Source: Nitrosopumilus sp. (GTDB taxonomy: Archaea > Thermoproteota > Nitrososphaeria > Nitrososphaerales > Nitrosopumilaceae). Taken from it: 64,000 bases of DNA. The position numbers and the translations under genes are program-made. How positions within the stretch are numbered: the first letter of the stretch is position 1; each line of letters opens with the position of its first letter. Location of the stretch: positions 736,001-800,000 of the forward strand of contig OZ250186.1 of the NCBI GenBank assembly GCA_965238275.1, written 5' to 3'. Positions 30,474 through 39,374 of this stretch are shown here, one piece after another. A model generated the notes under the pieces. The model was not told the origin of the DNA. It was given only the letters and a program-made list of their open reading frames with translations, and searched no databases.

Positions 30474-30680
30474 GTGAGAGATATCAATGAAATAATGCCC
30501 AAGGTTCCAAACATGCGGTGGGGGGCACTGATGAATCGGCGACCAACCAGCGAGAGGATCATGGAGATGAACAGACTCTTTCCGGATAACGGCAGATGGC
30601 ATACGGTATTTGAAGAAAGCGATCAAGTCACCATCGACGGCAGGGAGATCAGAAAGGCAAACCCCCAAAGATGGATCTAG
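30474..30680 (+). CDS. Small hypothetical protein
   Basis: Protein-like 68-aa ORF with upstream TATA-like tttttaa. Confidence 0.6.
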   Translation: MRDINEIMPKVPNMRWGALMNRRPTSERIMEMNRLFPDNGRWHTVFEESDQVTIDGREIRKANPQRWI

Positions 30681-30779
30681 CATGCCCTGTCCAGATGGCA
30701 TGCCCAGAGACGGCCAGATTTTAAAAATACCAATGTGGTGTCTTTAGATTTTTAATAGACACGCGCCGATTCAAACCAA

Positions 30780-32324
30780 TTGACGCAGCTCTACATGTTG
30801 GCATTCCTCTCCCTGGGAATACTTCTCTTTGTGCCCGGCAGTGCGCACGGCCACGGAGATCCAACCGAGACCTTTCCCCCAGTCGAGTTGGATGGCAGGC
30901 TTGTCACCCTGGAGATATCCTCCGACCCAGCTACTGACAACGATGATCAACGCATCTCAATTTCCATGATTGACTTTGATTCCAAGATCACCCTGCGGGA
31001 TGTAACATTCCTGATAAAGTCCGAACGGGGGGAGACGTTCCTGTTCGAGCAGGAGTTTCGGGCAGACAGCGGATCCATAGTATTCAACTTTGTATCCGAG
31101 GATACGGATTCCGTGGTGGTACGGGAGGCAGAAGGAGGCCTTTTTGGTTCCCTGCTGGGACTTGACAACTACCTGTTTCATGTAAGGGGACCGAACCTCG
31201 GCAACGGAGGGCTATACAAGTTTGATGTAACCGTACTTACAGCAGACGGCTACTCCAGAACGCTTGCCGAACCACTGGTATTCAACGGCGGTGTCTCAAT
31301 TGCGCAGACTACGACGCATGCGATTGCAGATCCGAACTTTGGGAACCAAACCATCAACGTGATTACGTACTATGACGAGATATCCGGCTTTGAGTATGAC
31401 TGGGAGTCAAGGGGCATCAGATACTCGATGCCGTTTGAGTGGAGCCAGGAGAACATCGACCAGACATTGGTGGTACACGAGGAGATCTCCGTTCCGTATA
31501 CGTTTGGCGATCTGCTGGTGTCAGGATTTACTCTGTATCTGAACGGGGTTCAGATGCCTGAAGATGTGGTACAAGTTGATGACTTTTTTACCGACTGGCG
31601 GACTGTCCATTTTATCATACCCCAGAGGATTCTGTTTGAAATACTTGAGGACAACCAGGACCTTGACGGGATGGATTTTGTGATCCTGCCGGATCGCAGC
31701 TACCCGCACCTGAGATCGGTCACAGAAAACGGCCAGTTTCGGATCCTCCTACAGTGGGAGCCTGAAAATCTCGGCTCCGGCTCCGATGCAAGGATACTCT
31801 TTGATGTTACCGACATCTTCCTCAAGAACAGGCCAGTTGCCGTAAGCTACGAGTTCTCAATAACCCAGAACGGCAGGACGATCTTTGAGCAGAAGGGTAC
31901 TAGTTCAGACTCCCGCGAATCCCACAACGCTGCAGAGTTTGTCATCCCGGAGGATGTCTCGGGGATAGTGCATCTCAACTTTGAAAACCTTGCAGGCAAC
32001 GGTTTTGCAAAGACAACGCTTCCGGCGGTGGTGGACAGGGTCATGCCCCAGAGCGATCCTATGCAAATCCCGGGCTGGATAAAGAACAATGCACTGCTGT
32101 GGTCCCAGGGACAGATTGACGATGGGACATTCATCGGCGCAATACAATATCTTATCCAGAACGGCATCATTACAGTATCCCAAACATCGCAGGATGATGG
32201 ATCGCAGGACATTCCCGACTGGGTCAGAACCAATGCTGCATTGTGGGCAGGCGGGCAGATTGACGATGGCACGTTCGTCCTGGGCTTGGAGTTTCTTATC
32301 CAGGCGGGGATAATCAACATCTGA
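30780..32324 (+). CDS. Secreted paralogue of 28699..30378 with IPxW(I/V) tails
   Basis: AHG|HG; ITYYD..MPFEW..VVHEE; IPGWIKN and IPDWVRT. Confidence 0.8.
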   Translation: MTQLYMLAFLSLGILLFVPGSAHGHGDPTETFPPVELDGRLVTLEISSDPATDNDDQRISISMIDFDSKITLRDVTFLIKSERGETFLFEQEFRADSGSIVFNFVSEDTDSVVVREAEGGLFGSLLGLDNYLFHVRGPNLGNGGLYKFDVTVLTADGYSRTLAEPLVFNGGVSIAQTTTHAIADPNFGNQTINVITYYDEISGFEYDWESRGIRYSMPFEWSQENIDQTLVVHEEISVPYTFGDLLVSGFTLYLNGVQMPEDVVQVDDFFTDWRTVHFIIPQRILFEILEDNQDLDGMDFVILPDRSYPHLRSVTENGQFRILLQWEPENLGSGSDARILFDVTDIFLKNRPVAVSYEFSITQNGRTIFEQKGTSSDSRESHNAAEFVIPEDVSGIVHLNFENLAGNGFAKTTLPAVVDRVMPQSDPMQIPGWIKNNALLWSQGQIDDGTFIGAIQYLIQNGIITVSQTSQDDGSQDIPDWVRTNAALWAGGQIDDGTFVLGLEFLIQAGIINI

Positions 32325-32474
32325 GCCGGCACGGTTTGAATGACGCACCTGCACGGTAAACCATGAATCCTCCTCATATGCTGCCGGGAGAATCAGAACC
32401 GTTCAGTCACCGGCGCGCAGTAACCATCCCAAAGGGATATCATATTAAGGCAAAAGATCCTATTGATAGATTAA

Positions 32475-33707
32475 TTGAAGACCATACACTTGGCCTGCCT
32501 TGCAGGCATTGTCATTACAGGACTGCTCTACGCATCATTCCTTCAGATGGCAGATGCCCAGGTAGTCATACCGCCAGACGAGTATCTGGGGTACCATGAC
32601 GCCCTCGGAATCTATACCGTAGTGGGCAATGTCAAGAATGAAGGCGACTTTGCAGTGATTCCGACCATTACCGTCTCCGTGACTGACGGCCCCACAATTG
32701 TCTCTGAGACGATAAGGCACGTCCCGATACCGTCAAAAGGAGAGATCCCGTTCAAGGTAAAGTTTCCCAATCTCACCTCCGATGCCCCAATACTTGGAGA
32801 ACCGGCAGTCACGTTTGAGAGGACAGTTGCTGACAGGATCCCAATTGACGTACTATATGACAGGACCCTGATAAAGCACGAGGACGGCCACATAACAGGA
32901 AGGATACAGAACAACGGCGAACAGACCATCCACTATCCCAAGATCTTTGCCGTGGTTCACGGGTATGATGCGGTACTGGATATCGCCCAGAACATTGAGT
33001 TTATTGAAAGTATTGAGCCCGGACAAATTGTAGAATTCTCCATGTATCCTGATCCCGCGATTACCGAGGATGTCTTTTACTACAGCTGTTTTGGACCAAC
33101 CGACAGCACCGTGGTTCCGCTGACTGCCAAGAAGAACGGCGGAGACTTTAACTTCAGATACGACGCGGGCTCATGGTACTCTGGGCAGGCCTTTGACGAG
33201 GAGGGAACCACAATGACCCTCCGGGGCTACAACAGTTTTGCCTTTGAAACCTATGTCAACTTTGAGCTTCCGCCCATATCCGGAAACGAAGAGTTTGCAG
33301 TCACCGTAAACGACCAACCCATAGACTTTATCCAAAGCAAGGACGAATTGGGATTCTGGCATATTGCCTTCCCCGTCGAACCCATCTCGCAGGACATCAT
33401 AAGGATCTCAGGGTTTGAGAAGGGACTCCCACCAGCCCTGTCGCTTGTCCCCGAGTGGGTCAAACTTGGTGCTGCGTGGTGGGCTGCCGGAGAGATACCT
33501 GCAGGCGAGTTCCTTGAGGGAATCAATTTTCTGTTTGAAAGGGCGGTCATATCGGTCCCGTCGCGGGACATCATTGCAGAGTCACAGTGGACGGTTCCCT
33601 CGTGGGTGAAAGCGCCTGCCAAACTGTGGTCAGAGGACAGGATTACCGATGACGAGTTTCTGGCAATGATAGAATATCTTGTAGAAAAGGGCATAGTCGT
33701 AGCGTAG
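32475..33707 (+). CDS. Secreted protein with VGNVKN/GRIQN Ig-like repeats and VPxWVK tails
   Basis: Signal peptide; two repeats resembling FxLYD domains; VPEWVK and VPSWVK. Confidence 0.75.
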   Translation: MKTIHLACLAGIVITGLLYASFLQMADAQVVIPPDEYLGYHDALGIYTVVGNVKNEGDFAVIPTITVSVTDGPTIVSETIRHVPIPSKGEIPFKVKFPNLTSDAPILGEPAVTFERTVADRIPIDVLYDRTLIKHEDGHITGRIQNNGEQTIHYPKIFAVVHGYDAVLDIAQNIEFIESIEPGQIVEFSMYPDPAITEDVFYYSCFGPTDSTVVPLTAKKNGGDFNFRYDAGSWYSGQAFDEEGTTMTLRGYNSFAFETYVNFELPPISGNEEFAVTVNDQPIDFIQSKDELGFWHIAFPVEPISQDIIRISGFEKGLPPALSLVPEWVKLGAAWWAAGEIPAGEFLEGINFLFERAVISVPSRDIIAESQWTVPSWVKAPAKLWSEDRITDDEFLAMIEYLVEKGIVVA

Positions 33708-33788
33708 GTTTTGTGACCCAGGTTAGGCCACACCCTGAGACAACGGGTTCAAAAAATCTTATTATACAAATTTTCACCATGCAGTATC

Positions 33789-34568
33789 ATGTTCCCTCTG
33801 CGCGATGAGAATCCACATCCTCTAGGATTCAAGCCGAGGGTCACATATGCCCTGATGATAGCCAATATTGCAGTATTCTTCATGGAGGTGGCATATACCG
33901 GCCAGTTCTTTGATTTTACAAACAGGAACGCCTTTGACCTGTTCTACAGCTGGGGTGCCGTTCCGTACTGTGTCACAGGCGGGGATATCATAAGGATCGA
34001 CTTTGGCGCAGGCCCGATATCCGTATCGTGTCCTGCCATGCCGTACATCTCCCTGATAACCTCCACATTCCTTCACGGAGGCCTGATGCATCTGGGGGGC
34101 AACATGCTGTTCCTGTGGATATTTGGCGACAACATAGAGCAGAAGTTCGGGAAGCTAAAATATCTTGGAATCTATCTCCTGTGGGGGGTTCTTGCAGGAC
34201 TGGTTCACATATATGGCGATACCGGCAGCGCGACTCCCGCAGTCGGTGCATCCGGGGCCATCTCCGGAGTGCTGGGTGCATACCTGATTATATTTCCCAG
34301 GGCAAGGATCCAGACATTCCTGATGCTGGGATTCTTTTGGAGAATGATACACATTCAGGCAAGATGGTTCCTGCCGTTCTGGCTGGTTTTTCAGAACCTG
34401 CTTCCGTTCTTTATAGGAGGGTTTGGAGTAGCAGGTGGCGGCACGGCGTACCTTGCCCACATCGGGGGATTTGCAGTAGGTCTTGCAACCGGATACCTTT
34501 ACAAAAAGACGCACAGCTCCGAGAGCCTGTACGGGACGCGATACGGCTACAGGTCTGACTACCGGTGA
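33789..34568 (+). CDS. Rhomboid intramembrane serine protease
   Basis: HGGLMHLGGNM, GASG, AHIGG. Confidence 0.95.
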   Translation: MFPLRDENPHPLGFKPRVTYALMIANIAVFFMEVAYTGQFFDFTNRNAFDLFYSWGAVPYCVTGGDIIRIDFGAGPISVSCPAMPYISLITSTFLHGGLMHLGGNMLFLWIFGDNIEQKFGKLKYLGIYLLWGVLAGLVHIYGDTGSATPAVGASGAISGVLGAYLIIFPRARIQTFLMLGFFWRMIHIQARWFLPFWLVFQNLLPFFIGGFGVAGGGTAYLAHIGGFAVGLATGYLYKKTHSSESLYGTRYGYRSDYR

Positions 34569-34838
34569 CTAAGCACCCTGACCTCGTTCAGGCATAGACA
34601 CGGTTTTGCAAGATGTCATGTATTTTCACGTCTATGTTGGCATTGGACCTAAATTCAATCCGCCCTTTGTAAACCGGTACCTGTTGTCCTTGCCGACGAA
34701 TCTGTTGTGCAGGCAAAGTTCAGTTTTTGCTTGGAGCAGATCGGCGGCTGATTCAGCATGAATTGGCCCCCATTAAATGGCATTGCAGTTTTTTTGTCAG
34801 GCGGGTACGTCATGATGTTCAGCCGACACGTACGAAGG

Positions 34839-35157
34839 CTACTTGGCAGATATGACCCCTTCATGCGCCTTTTGCATTACTTGGATGCTCAGTTCGCGAT
34901 CCAGATCTTTGAACCTCTGGAGAATGGTACTTTCGTCGTTCAGGGCGTACAACTGCGCCCTACCATACCTTCTTGTGGGTTTTAGGATCCCAAACTGCAT
35001 GAACTCGTCCCAGATCTTGTAAAACGTGGCCTTTGAAATGTTGGCGTACTCTATGATCTCCTTCTTGGAGTAGTCACTTCCCTTGTTGTCCAAAAAAAAG
35101 TCCAAGATCCGGAGTGCTTCCCATATGTTTGAGAAGCAGCGATTTGTCTTCTGTCAC
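34839..35157 (-). pseudogene. Small wHTH regulator with a 5' frameshift
   Basis: GTG-TEDKSLLLKHMGS and LRILDFFLDNK..YSKKEI..ISKAT lie in different frames around ACTCCG (~35110). Confidence 0.6.
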
Positions 35158-35255
35158 AAGTTAAGGTTATTCTTAAAAGTATTTAAAAAAAATACTTAGG
35201 GATCTGTTAAGTTACAGGTACCTACGGATATGGTGAGTTTTGCCAGACCGTACTG

Positions 35256-35681
35256 ATGAAACTGGCCCATCCCAAAATGACTCAGTTTGACATGAACAAC
35301 CGGATAACGGTCTGGCGCAAAGAATTCAACCTGACCGGTACCTATAAGATTCACGAAGCCGCGTCCAAACAGGCATTCCAGGCTGTAACCAAGTTTCACA
35401 AGTCAAACCGCGTAAAGCATGGAAAACGGATCTGGCGCAAGAAACAGATCATGCTCGGCAAGACCAAAACGTACAAGCACAACAGGTGGACCGAGCCATC
35501 CAGCTTGATGAGGCGCGGCAAGAAAACAATCAGGCTGCGCTCGCTGAATTCCTGTGGACGGCCAAAACTGCGAGACAGTGGAGCCGTATTCCTGCCGGGA
35601 CTTGGAGAAGCAAGACTGTGCATAAAGATCCCCGAAGGCAGGGTGCCGAACGTCCGAGTATTTGCTTTATGGAAGGAGTGA
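35256..35681 (+). pseudogene. Basic ORF resembling the N-terminal part of a TnpB-like protein (no RuvC)
   Basis: K/R-rich; FDMNNRITVWRK..KQAFQAVTKF..LPGLG pattern; truncated. Confidence 0.4.
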
Positions 35682-35748
35682 ACTGTTACTAAACTCATAT
35701 TGATGCCTGATTAAAAAAATAAATTCCACATGCCGCCTCCGGAAGGTG

Positions 35749-35925
35749 ATGCCGCTGATTAAAGTATCAATGTATCCTGGCAGGACTCAGGAGCAGAAGG
35801 ATGCGTTTGCAAAGGCCGTAACAAGGTCTGCTGTAGACATTCTCAAGACCAAGGAGATCCATGTAATCGTCATCTTTGAGGACAATCCCCGGGAGAACTG
35901 GTTTCTTGCAGGAGACCAACTCTGA
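35749..35925 (+). CDS. 4-oxalocrotonate tautomerase family protein (58 aa, missed by track)
   Basis: M-P start, PLIKVSMYPGRTQEQK...ENWFLAG. Confidence 0.88.
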   Translation: MPLIKVSMYPGRTQEQKDAFAKAVTRSAVDILKTKEIHVIVIFEDNPRENWFLAGDQL

Positions 35926-36015
35926 TTATTTTTAAACTACAAATGAATCCATTCCTGCGCGGCTATGGCCTTGCGCCGGCAGATTCTTTTTATTGCAATC
36001 TGACAGACATCCCTT

Positions 36016-36822
36016 GTGAAGGCAGCAGTAGTACAGTTCAAGGCATCGACTGACAAGGCGGCCAACCTCAAGAGGGTAGTCTCGTTTATCTCCAAGGCCG
36101 CATCAAATGGTGCTGCACTGTGTGCGTTTCCAGAGTTTATGATGTTTTATACTGATTCATCACAGACGCCAGGACAGCTTGCAGCCATGGCCGAGACTGT
36201 TGATGGAGACTTTGTAACTGCCCTCTCAAGGGCTTCCCGGGAGAACCACATCGACCTAGTAGGATCGTTTTATGAAAAGAGTGCAAGGAGAAACAGGGTG
36301 TATGACACGTCTGTCATAATAGACAGAACCGGCAGGATCGTCTCTACATACCGCAAGATCCATCTCTATGACGCCCTAGGATTCAAGGAGTCCAGAAAGA
36401 TGATGCCCGGCTCTGAGATTGCAAAACCTGTAAGGACATCTGTGGGAAGAACAGGCATGATGATCTGCTACGATCTGAGGTTTCCCGAAATGTCCCGCTG
36501 GCTTGCAGCCTCCGGCTCGGAGGTTATTGTGGCACCGTCTGCATGGGTTCGGGGGGATATGAAAGAAGAGCACTGGCTCACAATCAACCGGGCGCGCGCA
36601 ATCGAGAACGGATGCTATGTAATCGCACCGGACCAGGTAGGCAACATCTACTGCGGAAGGAGCCTGGTAGTCGATCCGTTTGGCAGAATACTGCTTGACA
36701 TGGGACAGAGACAGGGCATAGGATATGCCGATATCGACACGCAAAACGTGCAGAAGACAAGGAGGATACTGCCGCTGCTCAAGAACAGAAGAACCGATGT
36801 GTACCGCTCCCCGGATTGCTAG
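36016..36822 (+). CDS. Carbon-nitrogen hydrolase (nitrilase/Nit family)
   Basis: FPE, YRKIHL, ICYDLRFPE triad. Confidence 0.93.
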   Translation: MKAAVVQFKASTDKAANLKRVVSFISKAASNGAALCAFPEFMMFYTDSSQTPGQLAAMAETVDGDFVTALSRASRENHIDLVGSFYEKSARRNRVYDTSVIIDRTGRIVSTYRKIHLYDALGFKESRKMMPGSEIAKPVRTSVGRTGMMICYDLRFPEMSRWLAASGSEVIVAPSAWVRGDMKEEHWLTINRARAIENGCYVIAPDQVGNIYCGRSLVVDPFGRILLDMGQRQGIGYADIDTQNVQKTRRILPLLKNRRTDVYRSPDC

Positions 36823-37487
36823 GTTCTGCTGCTGCATACAATGTTTGAGCACTGTCTTGTCCAGCTCTGGATTCTTGTGTACCTGAAGATTATTACCGGC
36901 CACCTGCAGACATCGCATCTGCTCTTTGTTGCCCGGAGTTTTGCCTTCTGTAGCAACGGCGATGATGCCTTGCACCCGCCGTAAAAGTTCGAACATCCCA
37001 TGAACCGCTTTCCGGTTGTTCTTGATCTGATTACCATCAGCTCGCCGAGTCCGCATTCGGGACACTGCACAAGCCCCTTCTTTGGAAAGTTTGTCCCCAG
37101 AATCATATACTTTTTCTCCCTTGAGGACCATGACAGGTAGCCTGTGGGATCTAGATACTGCTGGATCTCCCTCTTGAAGCTTTCTGCTCCGGTCTTTGTA
37201 ATCTTTACAGTGTGTCTGGGAACAGCTCTGGGAGCGGCCCGCACCTTTGGTTTCTTTGTCATGGTACCTGCTCTGGGAGCGGCCCGCACCTTTGGTTTCT
37301 TTGTCATGGTACCTGCTCTGGGAGCGGCCCGCACCTTTGGTTTCTTTGTCATGGTACCTGCTCTGGGAGCGGCCCGCACCTTTGGTTTCTTTGTCATGGT
37401 ACCTGCTCTGGGAGCGGCCCGCACCTTTGGTTTCTTTGTCATGGTACCTGCTCTGGGAGCGGCCCGCACCTTTGGTTTCTTTGTCAT
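36819..37487 (-). CDS. Topoisomerase-type C4 zinc-ribbon protein with histone-H1-like N-terminal repeats
   Basis: CPECG..FMGCSNF..C and CDVC..CSN..C; MTKKPKVRAAPRAGT x6. Confidence 0.8.
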   Translation of the reverse strand: MTKKPKVRAAPRAGTMTKKPKVRAAPRAGTMTKKPKVRAAPRAGTMTKKPKVRAAPRAGTMTKKPKVRAAPRAGTMTKKPKVRAAPRAVPRHTVKITKTGAESFKREIQQYLDPTGYLSWSSREKKYMILGTNFPKKGLVQCPECGLGELMVIRSRTTGKRFMGCSNFYGGCKASSPLLQKAKLRATKSRCDVCRWPVIIFRYTRIQSWTRQCSNIVCSSRT

Positions 37488-37492
37488 GGTAC
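37225..37492. repeat. 45-bp tandem repeat x6
   Basis: gctctgggagcggcccgcacctttggtttctttgtcatggtacct repeated. Confidence 0.95.
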
Positions 37493-37538
37493 CGGTACTA
37501 CTAAAACGATTTTTATATGGACTCCGATCAGTGGCGAT

Positions 37539-38693
37539 GTGGAGAAGGTTTGCGTTCTTGGTGCAGGCAGCACCAAATATGGAAAACTCAACGACAGCAT
37601 CGCCGATATTACGACACAAGCCTCGGTAATGGCAATCGAGGATGCAGGCATTGATCCCAAGGAAGTCAAGGCAGCATACATCTCAAACGTCTTTGGTGTT
37701 GCAGACAAGCAGGTGCATCTTGGCCCGGTTCTGATGAGCAATCTTGGAATCTCGGACAGGCCGTCATTGTCCATCGAGTCTGCCTGTGGAAGTGGCTCTG
37801 TCTCATTTAGGGAGGCATACGCAAACGTTGCAGCCGGCTTTTATGACTGTCTGGTAGTTACCGGAGTGGAGAAGGTGACCCACACTGGAACCGAATGGAC
37901 CACAACATACTTTACATACTGTTCGGACTTTTTTTACGAGGGGCAGTCAGGCGCATCATTTCCGGGACTGTTTGCCTCGATGGCACGCGCATACCTGACT
38001 GAGTTTGATGCCACTGAAGAGGATCTGGCACGGGTCGCAGTAAAGAACCACAAAAATGGCATGCTCAATCCAAAGGCCCATCTGCAAAAGGAGATCACAC
38101 TTGATGACGTAATGAATTCGCCGGTGGTTGCAAGCCCGCTTAAGCTTTACGACTGCTGTCCCTTCTCTGACGGGGCTAGTTCTGTAATACTCTGTTCTGA
38201 AAAATTTGCAAGGGAGCAGGGGGGCAGCTACGTAGAGGTAATAGGTTCTGGCAGGGGAGGTTCGCCTGCAGCCCTACAGGGCCGGGATCGCCTGACCACA
38301 ATTCCAAGTACAAAGATCGCAGCAGAGGCTGCATACAAGATGGCCGGAATAACCCCTGAGGATATAGACTTTGCAGAGGTACACGACTGTTTTACAATTG
38401 CAGAGGTGGTTGACACTGAGGATCTGGGGTTCTTTGAGAAGGGCACAGGCTTCCAGGCAGTCCGCGAGGGCAAAACCGACCTGAACTCGGATATATCGAT
38501 CAACCCGTCTGGCGGTCTCAAGTCAAAGGGACATCCGATCGGAGCGACCGGCGTGGGTCAGGTAGTAGAGGTGTATGATCAGCTTACCGGGAGGGCAGGC
38601 AGGAGAACCGTCAAGGATGCCAGAATCGGTCTTACTCACAACTTTGGCGCAACCGGGGCAAGCTGTGCAGTCCATCTGTTCCAAGGAGTATGA
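37539..38693 (+). CDS. Archaeal acetyl-CoA acetyltransferase (thiolase)
   Basis: ESACGSG, HDCF, GHPIGATG; GTG start at VEKVCV. Confidence 0.92.
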   Translation: MEKVCVLGAGSTKYGKLNDSIADITTQASVMAIEDAGIDPKEVKAAYISNVFGVADKQVHLGPVLMSNLGISDRPSLSIESACGSGSVSFREAYANVAAGFYDCLVVTGVEKVTHTGTEWTTTYFTYCSDFFYEGQSGASFPGLFASMARAYLTEFDATEEDLARVAVKNHKNGMLNPKAHLQKEITLDDVMNSPVVASPLKLYDCCPFSDGASSVILCSEKFAREQGGSYVEVIGSGRGGSPAALQGRDRLTTIPSTKIAAEAAYKMAGITPEDIDFAEVHDCFTIAEVVDTEDLGFFEKGTGFQAVREGKTDLNSDISINPSGGLKSKGHPIGATGVGQVVEVYDQLTGRAGRRTVKDARIGLTHNFGATGASCAVHLFQGV

Positions 38694-38694
38694 C

Positions 38695-39060
38695 ATGTCC
38701 GTAAAGGAGAGTCTTATTGAGAACGCAAGACAGGGAAATATTCTTGTCCACAAATGCGCCGCGTGTGGCAACCTGCATCTCTCTACTGTCTATTTCTGCC
38801 AGGGATGCGGTAGCAAGGGCTTTGAGGATGTCATACTGGCAGGCACCGGCTCTGTTGTTACCTATACGATAATCACCGTGCCCCCTACAGGCTTTGAGGA
38901 GTATACCCCGTATGCCTTTGTCGTGCTTGGGCTGGACGACTCTGATCTGAGAATATCCGGATTCATGGCAGGAATAGCGACACCTGCGGATCTTCCGGTA
39001 GGGGCCCGGGCCAGGGTTGTAGGCTATGATCAGCGTGGCATTCTGATTGAAAAGCAGTAA
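38695..39060 (+). CDS. DUF35 zinc-ribbon/OB-fold thiolase partner
   Basis: CAACG..CQGCGS, GSVVTYT; adjacent to thiolase. Confidence 0.9.
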   Translation: MSVKESLIENARQGNILVHKCAACGNLHLSTVYFCQGCGSKGFEDVILAGTGSVVTYTIITVPPTGFEEYTPYAFVVLGLDDSDLRISGFMAGIATPADLPVGARARVVGYDQRGILIEKQ

Positions 39061-39129
39061 AATTATTTGTCCTGATTATTAAAAAGAATCAGACCAGCTT
39101 TTAATTATTCCAGGCATGCGATGATCTTC

Positions 39130-39291
39130 ATGTCAGTAGAGATTACATGCGGCAAGTGCGGAGAGCAGATTGTGCGGATGAAGATGCTAAAACCGCTCAA
39201 GAATATTCTGAATTCGTCAGGGGGAAAGTGTCCTTCATGCGGCCAGAAACTCTCCACATCCGAGTTCTCCCTTGACATCCAGGATGTCTGA
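39130..39291 (+). CDS. 53-aa zinc-finger microprotein (CGKCG...CPSCG), missed by track
   Basis: MSVEITCGKCGEQIVRMKMLKPLKNILNSSGGKCPSCGQKLSTSEFSLDIQDV. Confidence 0.75.
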   Translation: MSVEITCGKCGEQIVRMKMLKPLKNILNSSGGKCPSCGQKLSTSEFSLDIQDV

Positions 39292-39374
39292 CACCATTAT
39301 TCCCTGAAACCCCTGCATTCTATGTCAAAATGAATTGACACTATGTTTATTTACTTTCACATCAAGATATTCTT

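Noticed and set aside
37225-37492. CHGTCSGSGPHLW repeats as a Cys/His-rich N-terminal extension of the thiolase (track ORF 37212)
   Set aside because: Antisense reading of the 45-bp repeat; thiolase homology begins at 37539 with a TATA-like tttttata just upstream.
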